Shown here: positions 47,109-58,567 of the stretch, in pieces
Position numbering within the stretch: the stretch's first letter is position 1
Layout: each line of letters opens with the position of its first letter
NCBI GenBank assembly: GCA_963779865.1
Contig: CAVZZX010000003.1
Span: 2,252,274-2,316,273 of the forward strand
Length of the DNA: 64,000 nt
Direction of reading: 5' to 3'
From: an uncultured Gammaproteobacteria bacterium
GTDB lineage: Bacteria; Pseudomonadota; Gammaproteobacteria; CAVZZX01
The notes under the pieces: generated by a model
Told to the model about the DNA's origin: nothing
What the model saw: only the letters and a program-made list of their open reading frames with translations
The model's database searches: none
Position numbers and translations under genes: made by a program

Positions 47109-47235
47109 AGCATTTCACAGTTGTGAGCGCCGGGGGCGGCTGCTAGCATGGCCTCGTTCCTGGGCCTCCCGGCGATGCGCCCGCATCGTCCGCAACGAAA
47201 AACATAAGGCGCCCGGCAGGGGAATCTCGCACGAC

Positions 47236-49785
47236 ATGTCACGCCTGCTGCTCATCGAGCCCTCCGCCACCTTGCGCCGCGTCCTCGCCAAGCAACTCCA
47301 GAACTCCGGGTACCGCGTCACCGCCGTCGCCGACTTTCAGGACGGCAGCGCCGCCCTGCAGACACAGAGCGAGGCGCCCGAGGCCGTCGTGCTCGGCTGG
47401 CCGGCCTATGCGGATGCGGCCGGCCGCGGCCTGCTGGGCCTGCTGAGCGAGGGCGCGCAGCGCGAGTGCCCGCTGGCGCTGGTCGCCCACCATACCGAGC
47501 CCGAGGCCATGGAATGGGCGCAGCCGCGGGCGGACACCATCGCCCTGACCTGGGACGAGATCGGCCGGCTCCCCGAGGAACTCGCGCGACTGCTGGCCCG
47601 TCCGCATTCGCGCTCGCGCATCATCCCCTCGCCGCTGCGCGAGCGCGACGATCGGATCCGGGTGCTGATCGTGGACGACTCGGAGACGATCCGCTACGCC
47701 TACGGCCGCCTGCTCGAACAGAACGGCTACCTCACCCAGACGGTCGCGACGCTCAAGGAGGCGGTGGCCGCCGCCATCGGCGAGCCGTACGACATCGCCA
47801 TCGTGGACTACTACCTGGACGACGGCCGGGGCGACACGCTGGTGCGGCGCCTGCGCGAGGACCCGCGCACGGCCGCCATCTCCGTCGCCGTGCTCACCGG
47901 CACCTATCGCGATCAGGTGATCTGCGATTCGCTCGCCGCCGGGGCCGTCGAATGCATGTTCAAGAACGAGGCCTCGGAGCTGTTCCTCGCCCGGGTGGCG
48001 GCCATGAGCCGCACCGTGCGGGTCACCCGCAAGATCGAACGCGAGCGCCAGCGCCTGGCGGGCATCCTGGGCTCGGTCGGCGACGGCGTGTTCGGCGTCG
48101 ACGGTGCCGGGCGCATCACCTTCGTCAACCCGGCCGCGCTGCGCCTGCTGGGGCTGGCCGAGGACGCCAGTCTCGGCGGGGTCTCCGCCGAAGTCCTGTT
48201 CGGCGGCGAGAACGGCGCGGCCGATCTGCGCTTCCTCAAGGCGGCCTACGAGGACGGCGTGGCCCTCAACGCCGTGGAGACCGCCTTTCGCCACCGCACC
48301 GGCAGCATGGTGCCGGTCGAGTGCACCATCTACCCGCTGCGCATCGACGACTGCCTGGAAGGCTCCGTCATCGCCTTCCGCGACATCTCCGAGCGCAAGC
48401 TCCTCGAGGAGGAGCTCAAGTGGCAGGTCAATCACGACAGCCTGACCAAGCTGTTCAATCGAAAGTATTTCGAAGAGGCGCTCGACCACGAGGTCCGGCG
48501 CCTGAAGCGCAGCCACGAGCGCAGCGCCGTGCTGGTGGTGGACCTGGAGCGCATCGAGGCGATCAGTGATGCCGCCGCCGCCGACGAGCTGCTGGTGGAG
48601 GTGGCACAGCGGCTGCGCACCCGGCTGCGCCAGGCCGACGTCCTGGCACGGCTTGCCGGCGCCGAGTTCGGGCTGTTGCTGCGCAATGTCTGCCGCCCGG
48701 ACCTGGAGGACGTGGCCGGGGAATTCAGCGCCGTGCTCCAGTGCGGGGGCTTCCAGCACGCGGGCCGCAGCGTCACGCTCGCCGGCAGCATCGGGGTGGC
48801 GCTGATCGATCAGGACACGCGCTCGGCGTCCACAGCGCTGGCCGACGCCGCCGTCGCCCGCCATCTCGCCAGGGGCAAGGGGCGCAACCGGGTCCATGTC
48901 TACGAACCGAAGCGCGATGCGAAGGTGGCGCTGGACATGCAGCGCGGCTGGGCGACGCGCCTGCATCAGGCGCTCGAGCGCGATCAGTTCGCCCTGCAGT
49001 TCCAGCCCATGATCCCGCTCGTCGAGGTCGATGCAACACGGCTGCCGGAGGCCCGCGGGGCGCTCTGGACCCACCTGCTCGAACAGGGGCTCGGCGCGCG
49101 GGCGATGTTCGAGGTCCTGTTGCGCCTGCCCGACGCCCGCGGCCAGTTCATCGCGCCGAACGCCTTTCTGCCCACCGCCGAGCGCCTGAACCTGATGCGG
49201 CCCATCGACCGCTGGGTGGTGACCCACGCCCTGGAGGCGCTCGCGGCGGCAAAGCGCAGCGGCGAGGTTCTGAGCTTCAGCATCAATCTCTCCGGGCAGA
49301 GCATCGATGACGAGCACCTCGTGGGGCACATCGCAAGCACCCTCCAGCGCCTGGATCTCAACCCCGAGCAGGTCATCTTCGAGGTGACCGAAACCTACGC
49401 CATCGCCAATTTGGACAAGGCACGCGACATCATGACGCAACTGCGTGAGGTGGGGTGCCGGTTCGCGCTGGACGACTTCGGCACGGGCTACAGCTCCTTT
49501 CCGCACCTCAAACACCTGCCGGTGGATTTCATCAAGATCGACGGCGCCTTCGTGCAGGGGCTGGCCAGCGATCCCATGGATCGGGCCATCGTTACCGCCA
49601 TCAACGACATCGCCCACTCGCTGGGCAAGCTCACCATCGCCGAGGCAGTGGAAAGCGCCGAAGACGTGCGCCGGCTCAAGGCCTGCGGCGTGGACTACAT
49701 CCAGGGCTTCTATCTCGCCGAGCCAAGTTCGGCCGAGGCCTCGCGGACGCGGAGCGCCCCGGCGCAGCACGCCACCTCCCGTTGA
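47236..49785 (+). CDS. response-regulator-linked c-di-GMP enzyme with REC, REC, PAS, GGDEF and EAL domains
   Basis: There are two receiver domains (LLIEPSATLRRVL.. and VLIVDDSETIRYAY..DYYLDDGRG). A PAS domain follows. The GGDEF domain shows a degenerate AGAEFG in place of GG[DE]EF. The EAL domain has the EVTE and DDFGTGYSS motifs. Confidence 0.85.
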   Translation: MSRLLLIEPSATLRRVLAKQLQNSGYRVTAVADFQDGSAALQTQSEAPEAVVLGWPAYADAAGRGLLGLLSEGAQRECPLALVAHHTEPEAMEWAQPRADTIALTWDEIGRLPEELARLLARPHSRSRIIPSPLRERDDRIRVLIVDDSETIRYAYGRLLEQNGYLTQTVATLKEAVAAAIGEPYDIAIVDYYLDDGRGDTLVRRLREDPRTAAISVAVLTGTYRDQVICDSLAAGAVECMFKNEASELFLARVAAMSRTVRVTRKIERERQRLAGILGSVGDGVFGVDGAGRITFVNPAALRLLGLAEDASLGGVSAEVLFGGENGAADLRFLKAAYEDGVALNAVETAFRHRTGSMVPVECTIYPLRIDDCLEGSVIAFRDISERKLLEEELKWQVNHDSLTKLFNRKYFEEALDHEVRRLKRSHERSAVLVVDLERIEAISDAAAADELLVEVAQRLRTRLRQADVLARLAGAEFGLLLRNVCRPDLEDVAGEFSAVLQCGGFQHAGRSVTLAGSIGVALIDQDTRSASTALADAAVARHLARGKGRNRVHVYEPKRDAKVALDMQRGWATRLHQALERDQFALQFQPMIPLVEVDATRLPEARGALWTHLLEQGLGARAMFEVLLRLPDARGQFIAPNAFLPTAERLNLMRPIDRWVVTHALEALAAAKRSGEVLSFSINLSGQSIDDEHLVGHIASTLQRLDLNPEQVIFEVTETYAIANLDKARDIMTQLREVGCRFALDDFGTGYSSFPHLKHLPVDFIKIDGAFVQGLASDPMDRAIVTAINDIAHSLGKLTIAEAVESAEDVRRLKACGVDYIQGFYLAEPSSAEASRTRSAPAQHATSR

Positions 49786-49816
49786 AACCCGCGCCCCTCG
49801 CCCCCATCCTCTACGA

Positions 49817-50098
49817 ATGAGCCGAGCCGAGTCCGCGGCCCCGATCCGCATCGACCGCTGCGTCTGCAAGGAGCGCCCCTTCCGCGAGCTGCTCGTGCTC
49901 GCCGAGGAGCTGGGCGGCGACATCGACCTGGTGGCACTGGCCACCGGGGCCAGCATCGACTGCGCGACCTGCCGCCCGTGGCTGGAACGCGCCCTGGCGA
50001 GCGGCCGGTCCTGCTTCGAGCTGGACGCCGAGCGCCTCGCGCCCGAGGAGGCGCAGCGGCTCGCCGCCCACTTCGGCACCGGCCACTGCGGCGGCTGA
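49817..50098 (+). CDS. small BFD-like [2Fe-2S]-binding domain protein
   Basis: The ORF has 93 codons. [17 protein letters not shown]...[14 protein letters not shown] gives a CxC...CxxC pattern as in the Bfd/NifU/NirB BFD domain. Confidence 0.5.
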   Translation: MSRAESAAPIRIDRCVCKERPFRELLVLAEELGGDIDLVALATGASIDCATCRPWLERALASGRSCFELDAERLAPEEAQRLAAHFGTGHCGG

Positions 50099-50178
50099 GC
50101 GGGTGTGGGTCCGCTGTCTGCCCGGGGCCGGCCCTTGGTGTACAATCGGCCATCTTTGACGACGGCAGGGAATCGAGC

Positions 50179-50721
50179 GTGGAACAGTATCGAGGGACGA
50201 CCATTCTTTCCGTGCGGCGCGGCGAGCGCGTCGTGATCGGCGGCGACGGTCAGGTAAGCCTCGGCAACACGGTCATGAAGTCCAATGCCCGCAAGGTGCG
50301 TCGCCTCCACAATGATCAGGTGATTGCCGGCTTCGCCGGCGGCACCGCCGATGCCTTCACCCTGTTCGAACGCTTCGAGGGCAAGCTGGAGAAACATCAG
50401 GGGAACCTCACCCGGTCCGCCGTCGAGCTGGCCAAGGACTGGCGCACCGACCGCATGCTGCGCCGCCTGGAGGCCCTGCTCGCGGTGGCCGATGCGAGCG
50501 CCTCGCTCATCATCTCCGGCAACGGCGACGTCATCGAGCCCGAGGGCGGGCTCATCGCCATCGGTTCGGGCGGCCCCTTCGCCCAGGCGGCGGCGCGGGC
50601 GCTGCTCGAGAACACCGAGCTCGACGCGCGCAGCATCGTCGAGAAGGGGCTGCGCATCGCCGCGGACATCTGTATCTATACTAACCAGAACCTCACGCTC
50701 GAAGAGCTGGAAATCGGCTGA
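50179..50721 (+). CDS. hslV: ATP-dependent protease subunit HslV
   Basis: The protein begins [34 protein letters not shown] and has the catalytic TT. A GTG start is preceded by an AGGGAA ribosome-binding site. A 5-aa propeptide precedes the catalytic Thr. Confidence 0.9.
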   Translation: MEQYRGTTILSVRRGERVVIGGDGQVSLGNTVMKSNARKVRRLHNDQVIAGFAGGTADAFTLFERFEGKLEKHQGNLTRSAVELAKDWRTDRMLRRLEALLAVADASASLIISGNGDVIEPEGGLIAIGSGGPFAQAAARALLENTELDARSIVEKGLRIAADICIYTNQNLTLEELEIG

Positions 50722-50735
50722 CTCGGTCCCCACGC

Positions 50736-52076
<1,341 letters not shown>

Positions 52077-52164
52077 GCGCGGCGGGGCACACGCGCGCGG
52101 CGGCGTACCCGCCGTCGCGCCCAGCGGCCGCGGCGCCGCCCTACCGACCCGACAGGAACTTCGC

Positions 52165-52536
52165 ATGGCCGAAAAGAAGGTACGACCCACCGACATCAAG
52201 CTGCACCAGAAGTCGCGGGCGCTCGAGATCGCCTTCGACGACGGCAGCCGTTTCCGCCTCCCCGTCGAGCTGCTGCGCGTGTATTCCCCCTCGGCGGAGG
52301 TCCGCGGTCACGGCCCGGGGCAGGAGGTGCTGCAGATCGGCAAGGAGAACGTGAACATCACCGATCTGCGCCAGGTCGGCAACTACGCCATCCAGCCCAC
52401 CTTTGACGACGGCCACGACACGGGCATCTTCGACTGGAACCTCCTGTACCGGATGGGCCTGAATCAGGACCGGCTCTGGGACGACTACCTCGAGCGCCTG
52501 CGCCAGGCCGGCTACGAACGCAAGGAACCGCGCTGA
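52165..52536 (+). CDS. DUF971-family protein
   Basis: This is a 123-aa protein between hslU and ubiE. The motif [11 protein letters not shown] is present. Confidence 0.65.
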   Translation: MAEKKVRPTDIKLHQKSRALEIAFDDGSRFRLPVELLRVYSPSAEVRGHGPGQEVLQIGKENVNITDLRQVGNYAIQPTFDDGHDTGIFDWNLLYRMGLNQDRLWDDYLERLRQAGYERKEPR

Positions 52537-52558
52537 GGCGCAGGGGAGGGCAAGGGCC

Positions 52559-53308
52559 ATGACAGAGCACAAGACCACCGATTTCGGCTATCAGCAGGTC
52601 CCGGTCGGCGAGAAGGTGCGCCGCGTCGCCGACGTCTTTCATTCGGTGGCCGGTCGCTATGACCTGATGAACGACCTCATGTCGTTGGGGGTGCATCGGC
52701 TGTGGAAGCGCATCACGGTGGAGATGAGCGGGGTGCGCCGCGGCGACAGCGTGCTCGACCTGGCCGGCGGCACCGGCGACCTGGCGGCGCGCTTCTCCGC
52801 CCTGGTGGGCCCGCAGGGCAAGGTGGTGCTCGCCGACATCAACGCCTCCATGCTGGAGGTCGGCCGCAGCCGCCTGGCGGACGCGGGCGTGGCAGGCAAT
52901 GTGGAGTACGTGCAGGCCAACGCCGAGGCGCTCCCCTTCCCCGACGAGCACTTCGACTGTGTCAGCATCGGCTTCGGCCTGCGCAACGTCACTGACAAGC
53001 CGCGGGCGCTGGCCTCCATGTACCGGGTGCTCAAACCCGGCCATCCCTTGCTGGTGCTGGAGTTCTCCAAGCCCGTGGCGCCGGGCGTGGGCCCGCTCTA
53101 CGACCTGTACTCCTTCAACGTCCTGCCGGCCATCGGCAAGCTGATCGCCCGGGACGCGGACAGCTACCGCTATCTGGCGGAGTCGATCCGCATGCACCCG
53201 GACCAGGAGACGCTCAAGTCCACGATGGAGGAGGTGGGTTTCGAGCGCTGCGAGTACTTCAACCTCAGCGGCGGCATCGTCGCCCTGCACCGCGGATACA
53301 AGCTGTGA
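52559..53308 (+). CDS. ubiE: ubiquinone/menaquinone biosynthesis C-methyltransferase
   Basis: The protein begins [51 protein letters not shown] and has the SAM-binding motif [10 protein letters not shown]. Confidence 0.9.
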   Translation: MTEHKTTDFGYQQVPVGEKVRRVADVFHSVAGRYDLMNDLMSLGVHRLWKRITVEMSGVRRGDSVLDLAGGTGDLAARFSALVGPQGKVVLADINASMLEVGRSRLADAGVAGNVEYVQANAEALPFPDEHFDCVSIGFGLRNVTDKPRALASMYRVLKPGHPLLVLEFSKPVAPGVGPLYDLYSFNVLPAIGKLIARDADSYRYLAESIRMHPDQETLKSTMEEVGFERCEYFNLSGGIVALHRGYKL

Positions 53309-53339
53309 CGGGCAGCCGCCGCACCGCAAGGCGCGCGGC

Positions 53340-54005
53340 ATGAGGGAGGAGGCGCAGGCGGCGCTGCTCGGCGCGCTCGAGGCAGGCGTCGAGCGCCTGC
53401 TGCGTCTGGACCCCGAGGCCCCGTCGCGGCTGGCCCCCCTGGCCGGGCGAGTGATCGCCGTGGAGCTGGTCGGCGCCCGCGATGCGGGCGGGGAGGAGGC
53501 GATCCTGCGCCTCTACCTGCTGCCCCACCCCGGCGGCATGCAGGTCCTCGGCCGCTACGCGGGCGAGGTTCACACGGTGCTGCGCGGCACCCCACTGGGC
53601 CTGGCGCGCCTGGCGCTGCCTGGGGACGATACACGCGGTCTGTTCGCCGGCGAAGTGAGTATCGCGGGGGATGTGGAGACCGGCCAACGGCTCAAGCGGC
53701 TGCTCGCGGGTCTGGAGCTCGACTGGGAAGAGCAGCTCTCGCGGGTGCTGGGCGACGCCGCGGCCCATCGGGCCGGGCACACGGTCCGGGCACTGCGCGG
53801 TTGGGGCGAGCGCACGCGCGATGCGCTCGCCCACACCGTGAGCGAATACCTGCAGCACGAACGCCGCGCCCTGCCCACGCGCGAGGAAGTCAGCCAATGG
53901 CTCGCCGCCGTCGACACCCTGCGCGACGACGCCGAACGGCTCGAGGCGCGGGTGCGGCGACTGGACGCCGGCCGCGCCGCCGGCACTGGCCCCGCTGCCC
54001 GGTGA
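53340..54005 (+). CDS. ubiJ: ubiquinone biosynthesis accessory factor UbiJ (SCP2-like)
   Basis: It sits between ubiE and ubiB, as in the conserved ubiE-ubiJ-ubiB operon. An N-terminal SCP2-like region is followed by a C-terminal coiled coil. Confidence 0.65.
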   Translation: MREEAQAALLGALEAGVERLLRLDPEAPSRLAPLAGRVIAVELVGARDAGGEEAILRLYLLPHPGGMQVLGRYAGEVHTVLRGTPLGLARLALPGDDTRGLFAGEVSIAGDVETGQRLKRLLAGLELDWEEQLSRVLGDAAAHRAGHTVRALRGWGERTRDALAHTVSEYLQHERRALPTREEVSQWLAAVDTLRDDAERLEARVRRLDAGRAAGTGPAAR

Positions 54006-54089
54006 TCCCGCCCGCCGGCGGCACGAGCGGCCCCTTCCGTGGTATGGTCGGGTCCGCTTCGTAGGGCAGCCGCCGAGACCGTATAGGCC

Positions 54090-55748
54090 GTGAATCCGCT
54101 CAGTCAGTTCTTCCGGATGATGCACATCGGCTGGGTGCTGTGGCGCCATGGCCTGGACGAACTGCTGCTCGCGAGTCACCTGTTCCGGCCGTTGCGCTTC
54201 CTGCGCTACGTGCTCCCCTGGATGTGGATTCCCTGGCGGCGCGCCAGCCGCGGCGAGCGCATCCGCCGCGCCCTGGAAGAGCTCGGGCCGGTGTACATCA
54301 AGTTCGGCCAGATCCTCTCCACGCGGCGCGACGTCATCCCCGACGATATCGCCGAGGAGCTCAGCCGCCTGCAGGACAAGGTCCCGCCCTTCGCCAACGA
54401 GCAGGCGCGGGCCCTGATCGAGCAGGCCTATGGGCAGACGCTGGAGGAGACCTTCGCCGAGTTCGACGCGCAACCCTTCGCCTCCGCCTCCATCGCCCAG
54501 GTGCACGGCGCCCGCCTGCACGACGGGCGCGAGGTGGTGGTCAAGGTGGTGCGTCCCAATATTCGACGCGTCATCCGCCGGGACGTGAGCTTGCTGTACA
54601 ACCTGGCGGACAAGATCGAGCGCTACTGGCCCGACGGGCGGCGCTTTCGCGCGCGCGAGGTGGTCGGCGAGTTCGAAAAGACCATCCTGGACGAACTGGA
54701 CCTGTTGCGCGAGGCGGCCAATGCCAGCCAGCTGCGGCGCAACTTCCTGGACTCGGACATCCTCTACGTCCCCGACATCGACTGGCCGCACACGCGCCGC
54801 AACGTCATGGTCATGGAGCGGGTCAGCGGCATCCCCATCAGCAACATCGCCGCCCTGCGGGCGGCCGGCATCAACCTGCAGGAACTCGCCGAGACCGGCG
54901 TGGAGATCTTCTTCACCCAGGTGTTTCGCGACAGCTTCTTCCATGCCGACATGCACCCGGGGAACGTCTTCGTCTCCCCCAAAGGCAGCTACATCGCCGT
55001 GGACTTCGGCATCATGGGCTCGCTCAGCCCCACCGATCTGCGCTACCTGGCGGAGAACTTCCTGGCCTTCTTCAACCGCGATTACCGGCGCGTCGCCGAG
55101 CTGCACGTGGCCTCCGGCTGGGTGCCGCGCGAGACGCGGGTGGACGAGTTCGAGGCGGCCATCCGCACGGTCTGCGAACCGATCTTCGAGCGCCCGCTCA
55201 AGGACATCTCCTTCGGTCAGCTGCTGGTACGGCTGTTCTCCACGGCACGGCGCTTCAACATGGAGGTGCAGCCGCAGCTGGTGCTGCTGCAGAAGACGCT
55301 GCTCAACATCGAGGGCCTGGGCCGTCAGCTGTATCCGGACCTGGACCTGTGGCAGACGGCCAAGCCCTTCCTGGAGCGCTGGGTGGCCGACCAGTTCGGG
55401 CCGCGCGCCATCTACCGGCAGCTGCGCCGCAACGTCCCCCAGTGGCTGGAGCACCTGCCCGAGGTGCCCAACCTGCTGCACTCGGTGCTCACCGAGCTGC
55501 ACGAGGGCCGCTTCGATCAGGGCTCCCCGCGCCAGGAACTCGAACGCCTGCGCCGCGAGCTGCGACGCAGCAACCGGCGGCTGTTCGGTGCGATCAGCGG
55601 CGGTGCCCTGCTGATCGCCGCGGCCGTGCTCACCGCCCTGGACGGTTACGCACCGCTGATGCTCGGCAACGCTCCGGCGCTGGCGTGGATCCTGGGGGCG
55701 GGCGGGGTGATCAGCCTGGTGGTGAACTGGCCGGCGGATTCGGACTGA
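54090..55748 (+). CDS. ubiB: ubiquinone biosynthesis regulatory protein kinase UbiB
   Basis: The N-terminus [57 protein letters not shown] matches UbiB. An ABC1 kinase-like domain and C-terminal transmembrane segments are present. The start is GTG. Confidence 0.9.
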   Translation: MNPLSQFFRMMHIGWVLWRHGLDELLLASHLFRPLRFLRYVLPWMWIPWRRASRGERIRRALEELGPVYIKFGQILSTRRDVIPDDIAEELSRLQDKVPPFANEQARALIEQAYGQTLEETFAEFDAQPFASASIAQVHGARLHDGREVVVKVVRPNIRRVIRRDVSLLYNLADKIERYWPDGRRFRAREVVGEFEKTILDELDLLREAANASQLRRNFLDSDILYVPDIDWPHTRRNVMVMERVSGIPISNIAALRAAGINLQELAETGVEIFFTQVFRDSFFHADMHPGNVFVSPKGSYIAVDFGIMGSLSPTDLRYLAENFLAFFNRDYRRVAELHVASGWVPRETRVDEFEAAIRTVCEPIFERPLKDISFGQLLVRLFSTARRFNMEVQPQLVLLQKTLLNIEGLGRQLYPDLDLWQTAKPFLERWVADQFGPRAIYRQLRRNVPQWLEHLPEVPNLLHSVLTELHEGRFDQGSPRQELERLRRELRRSNRRLFGAISGGALLIAAAVLTALDGYAPLMLGNAPALAWILGAGGVISLVVNWPADSD

Positions 55749-55751
55749 GCG

Positions 55752-56750
55752 TCAGCCGGCGGCGAGCAGCTGCTGGCGTACGTAGATGGCGCCGGCCAGC
55801 ACCGTGAGGGCGACGAGCCAGACCAGGAGGTAGGCCACCATGGATTGGCGGGCCTGGCGTTTTTCCAGCCAGGTGCGGGGCCTCACACCCTGGTACAGAA
55901 ACACGAGCTTGGCGGCGAGGTTCACGCAGACCACGTTCACGGCCAGCAGCAATCCCGCCCCCAGCGCCAGGTGCGTCTGCCCGGCGCCGAGCATCAACCC
56001 CAGGGTCGCGGTCGGCGGCAGCAGGGCCACCGCCACCATTACCCCGACCAGCGCCGTCGGCAGACCCGTGGTCAACGACAGCACCGCGGCGGCGCCCGAG
56101 GCGAGCGCCAGGGCGATGCTGTCCATGGCCACGTCGGTGCGCGCGGCGAGCTCGGCACTGCCGATGTTCACCGGCAGGATCATCCCGATCAGGGCGGCCA
56201 GACCGGCGGCGAGCGCCAGGCCCGCCAGATTGGTGCGCAGCGCCTGCCACATCAGCTCCCGATCGCCCAGCGCGGTGGCCAGGGCGAGGGCGAGATTGGG
56301 CCCCAGAAGGGGGGCGATCACCATGGCCCCGATCACCACCGCCACGTTGTCCTCCAGCAGCCCGATGGCCGCCACGATGGTGGAGAACAGGACCATCAGC
56401 AGGAAGTAGCTGTCCAGGCGGGCGCCGGACTGGATCTCGTCGTAGAGGGCTTCGCGGGTGCGGCGGGTGCGGGCGTAGCGCTCGGCCTCGTCCTCCTCGA
56501 GCTCGGCGGGCCGGGGCAGGGTCGCCTCCACCGGCAGGATCAGGATGCGCGTGTGCTCGAGCTTGCCCAGCGCCGACTGCAGGGCGTCGAGCACCGCCTG
56601 CTGCTTCTCCGGGCGCACCAGCAGGTACATCGCGCGACGTCCGTCCTCGCTGGTCCAGCCGGCCCAGTAGTCCGCCACGCTGTGCTGCTCGGCGATGCCG
56701 CGCACGGTGGACTCATGCCCACCGTCGGCCACCACCTCGATGATGCGCAC
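55752..56750 (-). CDS. DUF389/TIGR00341-family membrane protein
   Basis: VRIIEVVADGGHESTVRGIAEQH...MYLLVRPEKQQAVLDALQ shows the N-terminal duplicated alpha/beta motif, and a hydrophobic C-terminal half follows. GTG at 56750 was taken as start. The six-frame ORF 55752..57365 is this frame read through antisense dctP sequence. Confidence 0.55.
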   Translation of the reverse strand: MRIIEVVADGGHESTVRGIAEQHSVADYWAGWTSEDGRRAMYLLVRPEKQQAVLDALQSALGKLEHTRILILPVEATLPRPAELEEDEAERYARTRRTREALYDEIQSGARLDSYFLLMVLFSTIVAAIGLLEDNVAVVIGAMVIAPLLGPNLALALATALGDRELMWQALRTNLAGLALAAGLAALIGMILPVNIGSAELAARTDVAMDSIALALASGAAAVLSLTTGLPTALVGVMVAVALLPPTATLGLMLGAGQTHLALGAGLLLAVNVVCVNLAAKLVFLYQGVRPRTWLEKRQARQSMVAYLLVWLVALTVLAGAIYVRQQLLAAG

Positions 56751-56773
56751 GGCCGACGGCGCCCGAGGGCCGC

Positions 56774-57817
56774 TTAGCGCTGTGCCTGGGCGGCCTGCGG
56801 CTGGGCGCTCTCCAGGGCCTTTCGCTCGGCGAGGAACTGCGTGAGGATCTGCTTGCCGCGCGTACCGGCCAGCTGCACATAGGTGTCGCGCACCGGCAGG
56901 CTCAGCTTGCGGAAGCGCTCGCGCTGGGCGGCGCTGAGGTGCTCGATCTTGATGTCGCTCTGGGCGCGGATGCGTTTCAGGCGCTCGGAGTTGTAGCGCT
57001 CCTGCTTGGCGTAGATGTAATCCTGCAGCTCGGCCACGGTCTGGCGCACCAGCTTCTGCTGCTTCTTCGGCAGGCTGGCGAAGAACTGCGGGTTGGTGAT
57101 CAGGCTGGTGACGAAAGGCAGTTGCTTGGCGAAGGTCATGTAGTTCTGCACCTCGTAGAAGCTCATCTCCTCGATGGCGAACACCGGATTGACCTCCCCG
57201 TCGATCATGTGCAGCTGCAGCCCGCCGTAGACCTCGGAGTAGGCCATCGGCGTGGGATTGGCACCGTAGGCCTTGTACGTGTCGAGCAACAACGGGGACA
57301 CCATGGTGCGGATCTTGAAGCCCTGGAAATCCTCGGGCGTGTGCAGGGGCCGGTTGCTGGTCCACACCATCCAGCCTTCGGGAATATAGCTGAGCACCTG
57401 CAGGCCCTTGTCCCGGTAGGCCTGCGCCAGGGGACCGTGCAGGGCCTTGCTATCGTCGAGCAGCTTGCGGTTGACCGCGTCATCGTCGGAGAACACGAAG
57501 TGCAGCGTCAACAGCTGCACCTCCGGGATCACCGAGCCCAGATGCCCCGGCGAGGCGAAGGCGAACTGCAGGGCGCCGTTCTGCACCTGCTCGGTCATTT
57601 GCGCCGAGGTGCCGAGCGCGCCGTAGGGATAGACGGTGACCTTGATCTTGCCGTCGCTGTTCTGCTCGATCAGCGACTTGAATTTCTGCGCGTAGGCATC
57701 CTGCACGCTGCCGGGGATCTCCTCGATGGCAAAGCGCCATTCGCGCGGGCCGCTGGGCTCGGAACACCCGGCGAGCAGCAGGACGGTGGCGAGAATCAGA
57801 ACGAGCAACTTAGGCAT
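56774..57817 (-). CDS. dctP: TRAP transporter substrate-binding protein (DctP family), lipoprotein
   Basis: The protein begins MPKLLVLILATVLLLAGCSEP with a lipobox LAGC, and the rest is a DctP-family domain. Confidence 0.85.
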   Translation of the reverse strand: MPKLLVLILATVLLLAGCSEPSGPREWRFAIEEIPGSVQDAYAQKFKSLIEQNSDGKIKVTVYPYGALGTSAQMTEQVQNGALQFAFASPGHLGSVIPEVQLLTLHFVFSDDDAVNRKLLDDSKALHGPLAQAYRDKGLQVLSYIPEGWMVWTSNRPLHTPEDFQGFKIRTMVSPLLLDTYKAYGANPTPMAYSEVYGGLQLHMIDGEVNPVFAIEEMSFYEVQNYMTFAKQLPFVTSLITNPQFFASLPKKQQKLVRQTVAELQDYIYAKQERYNSERLKRIRAQSDIKIEHLSAAQRERFRKLSLPVRDTYVQLAGTRGKQILTQFLAERKALESAQPQAAQAQR

Positions 57818-57982
57818 AGTCGGGCGTTTTCGTGGCGCGGACACAGCGTCTTACCCTATCACATCCCTCCACGCCGCTGGAGAGTAGCGCCGGGCGACCG
57901 GGGACCACCGGGCGGAGGCCGCGGCCGTGCAATCGGCGCGCCGGGCGGGTAAGCTAGCCGCACCTCCGCATGCAAGGGGCCG

Positions 57983-58549
57983 ATGAGCGCGCCTGACCAG
58001 CCAAGCCGACTGATCCGCATCCTGCGCCGAGCGGACGCCGTCGTGGAGACGATCGAACGCCTGGTGCTGACCGGCGGCATCCTGCTGATGGCGGCGATCA
58101 CCATCGCCAACGTCATCGCCCGCAACCTGTTCCTGCACAGCCTCAGCTTCGCCGACGAGATCAATCAGCTGCTCATCGTGCTGATCACGTTCATCGGCAT
58201 CGGCTACGGGGTGCGCCACGCGCGTCACATCCGCATGGCTGCGCTGCACGATCAGCTCGGGCCGAAGGGGCGTAAGGCACTGGTGCTGCTCGTTTCCATC
58301 GGCACCGCGGCGCTGCTGCTGGCGCTCAGCTGGTACGCCCTGCGCTACGTCGGGCGCATGCAGACGCTCGGCAGCGTCACCCCGGCGCTGCAGATCCCCC
58401 TCTGGCTGATCTACGCCTGGGCGCCGCTGGGCTTTCTCATCGGCGCGATTCAATACATCCTGGCGGCCGCTCGCAACCTGATGAGCGAGGAGGTGTACCT
58501 CTCCTTCACCCGCAAGGACGAATACGACGAGGGGCCGCCCGGTGTCTGA
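57983..58549 (+). CDS. dctQ: TRAP transporter small permease
   Basis: It has four transmembrane helices and lies divergent from dctP and immediately upstream of dctM. Confidence 0.8.
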   Translation: MSAPDQPSRLIRILRRADAVVETIERLVLTGGILLMAAITIANVIARNLFLHSLSFADEINQLLIVLITFIGIGYGVRHARHIRMAALHDQLGPKGRKALVLLVSIGTAALLLALSWYALRYVGRMQTLGSVTPALQIPLWLIYAWAPLGFLIGAIQYILAAARNLMSEEVYLSFTRKDEYDEGPPGV

Positions 58550-58567
58550 GCGCAGGGGAACGGGCGC

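Noticed and set aside
50179-50196. Possible mis-start of hslV, because the catalytic Thr is not at position 2
   Set aside because: Short HslV/CodW propeptides (MEQ[FY]xGTT) are known in many bacteria, so the GTG start with the MEQYRG propeptide is acceptable.
55752-57365. A 537-aa ORF suggesting a large protein downstream of ubiB
   Set aside because: The N-terminal 200 codons are an alternative frame of dctP. The DUF389 protein starts at the GTG at 56750.
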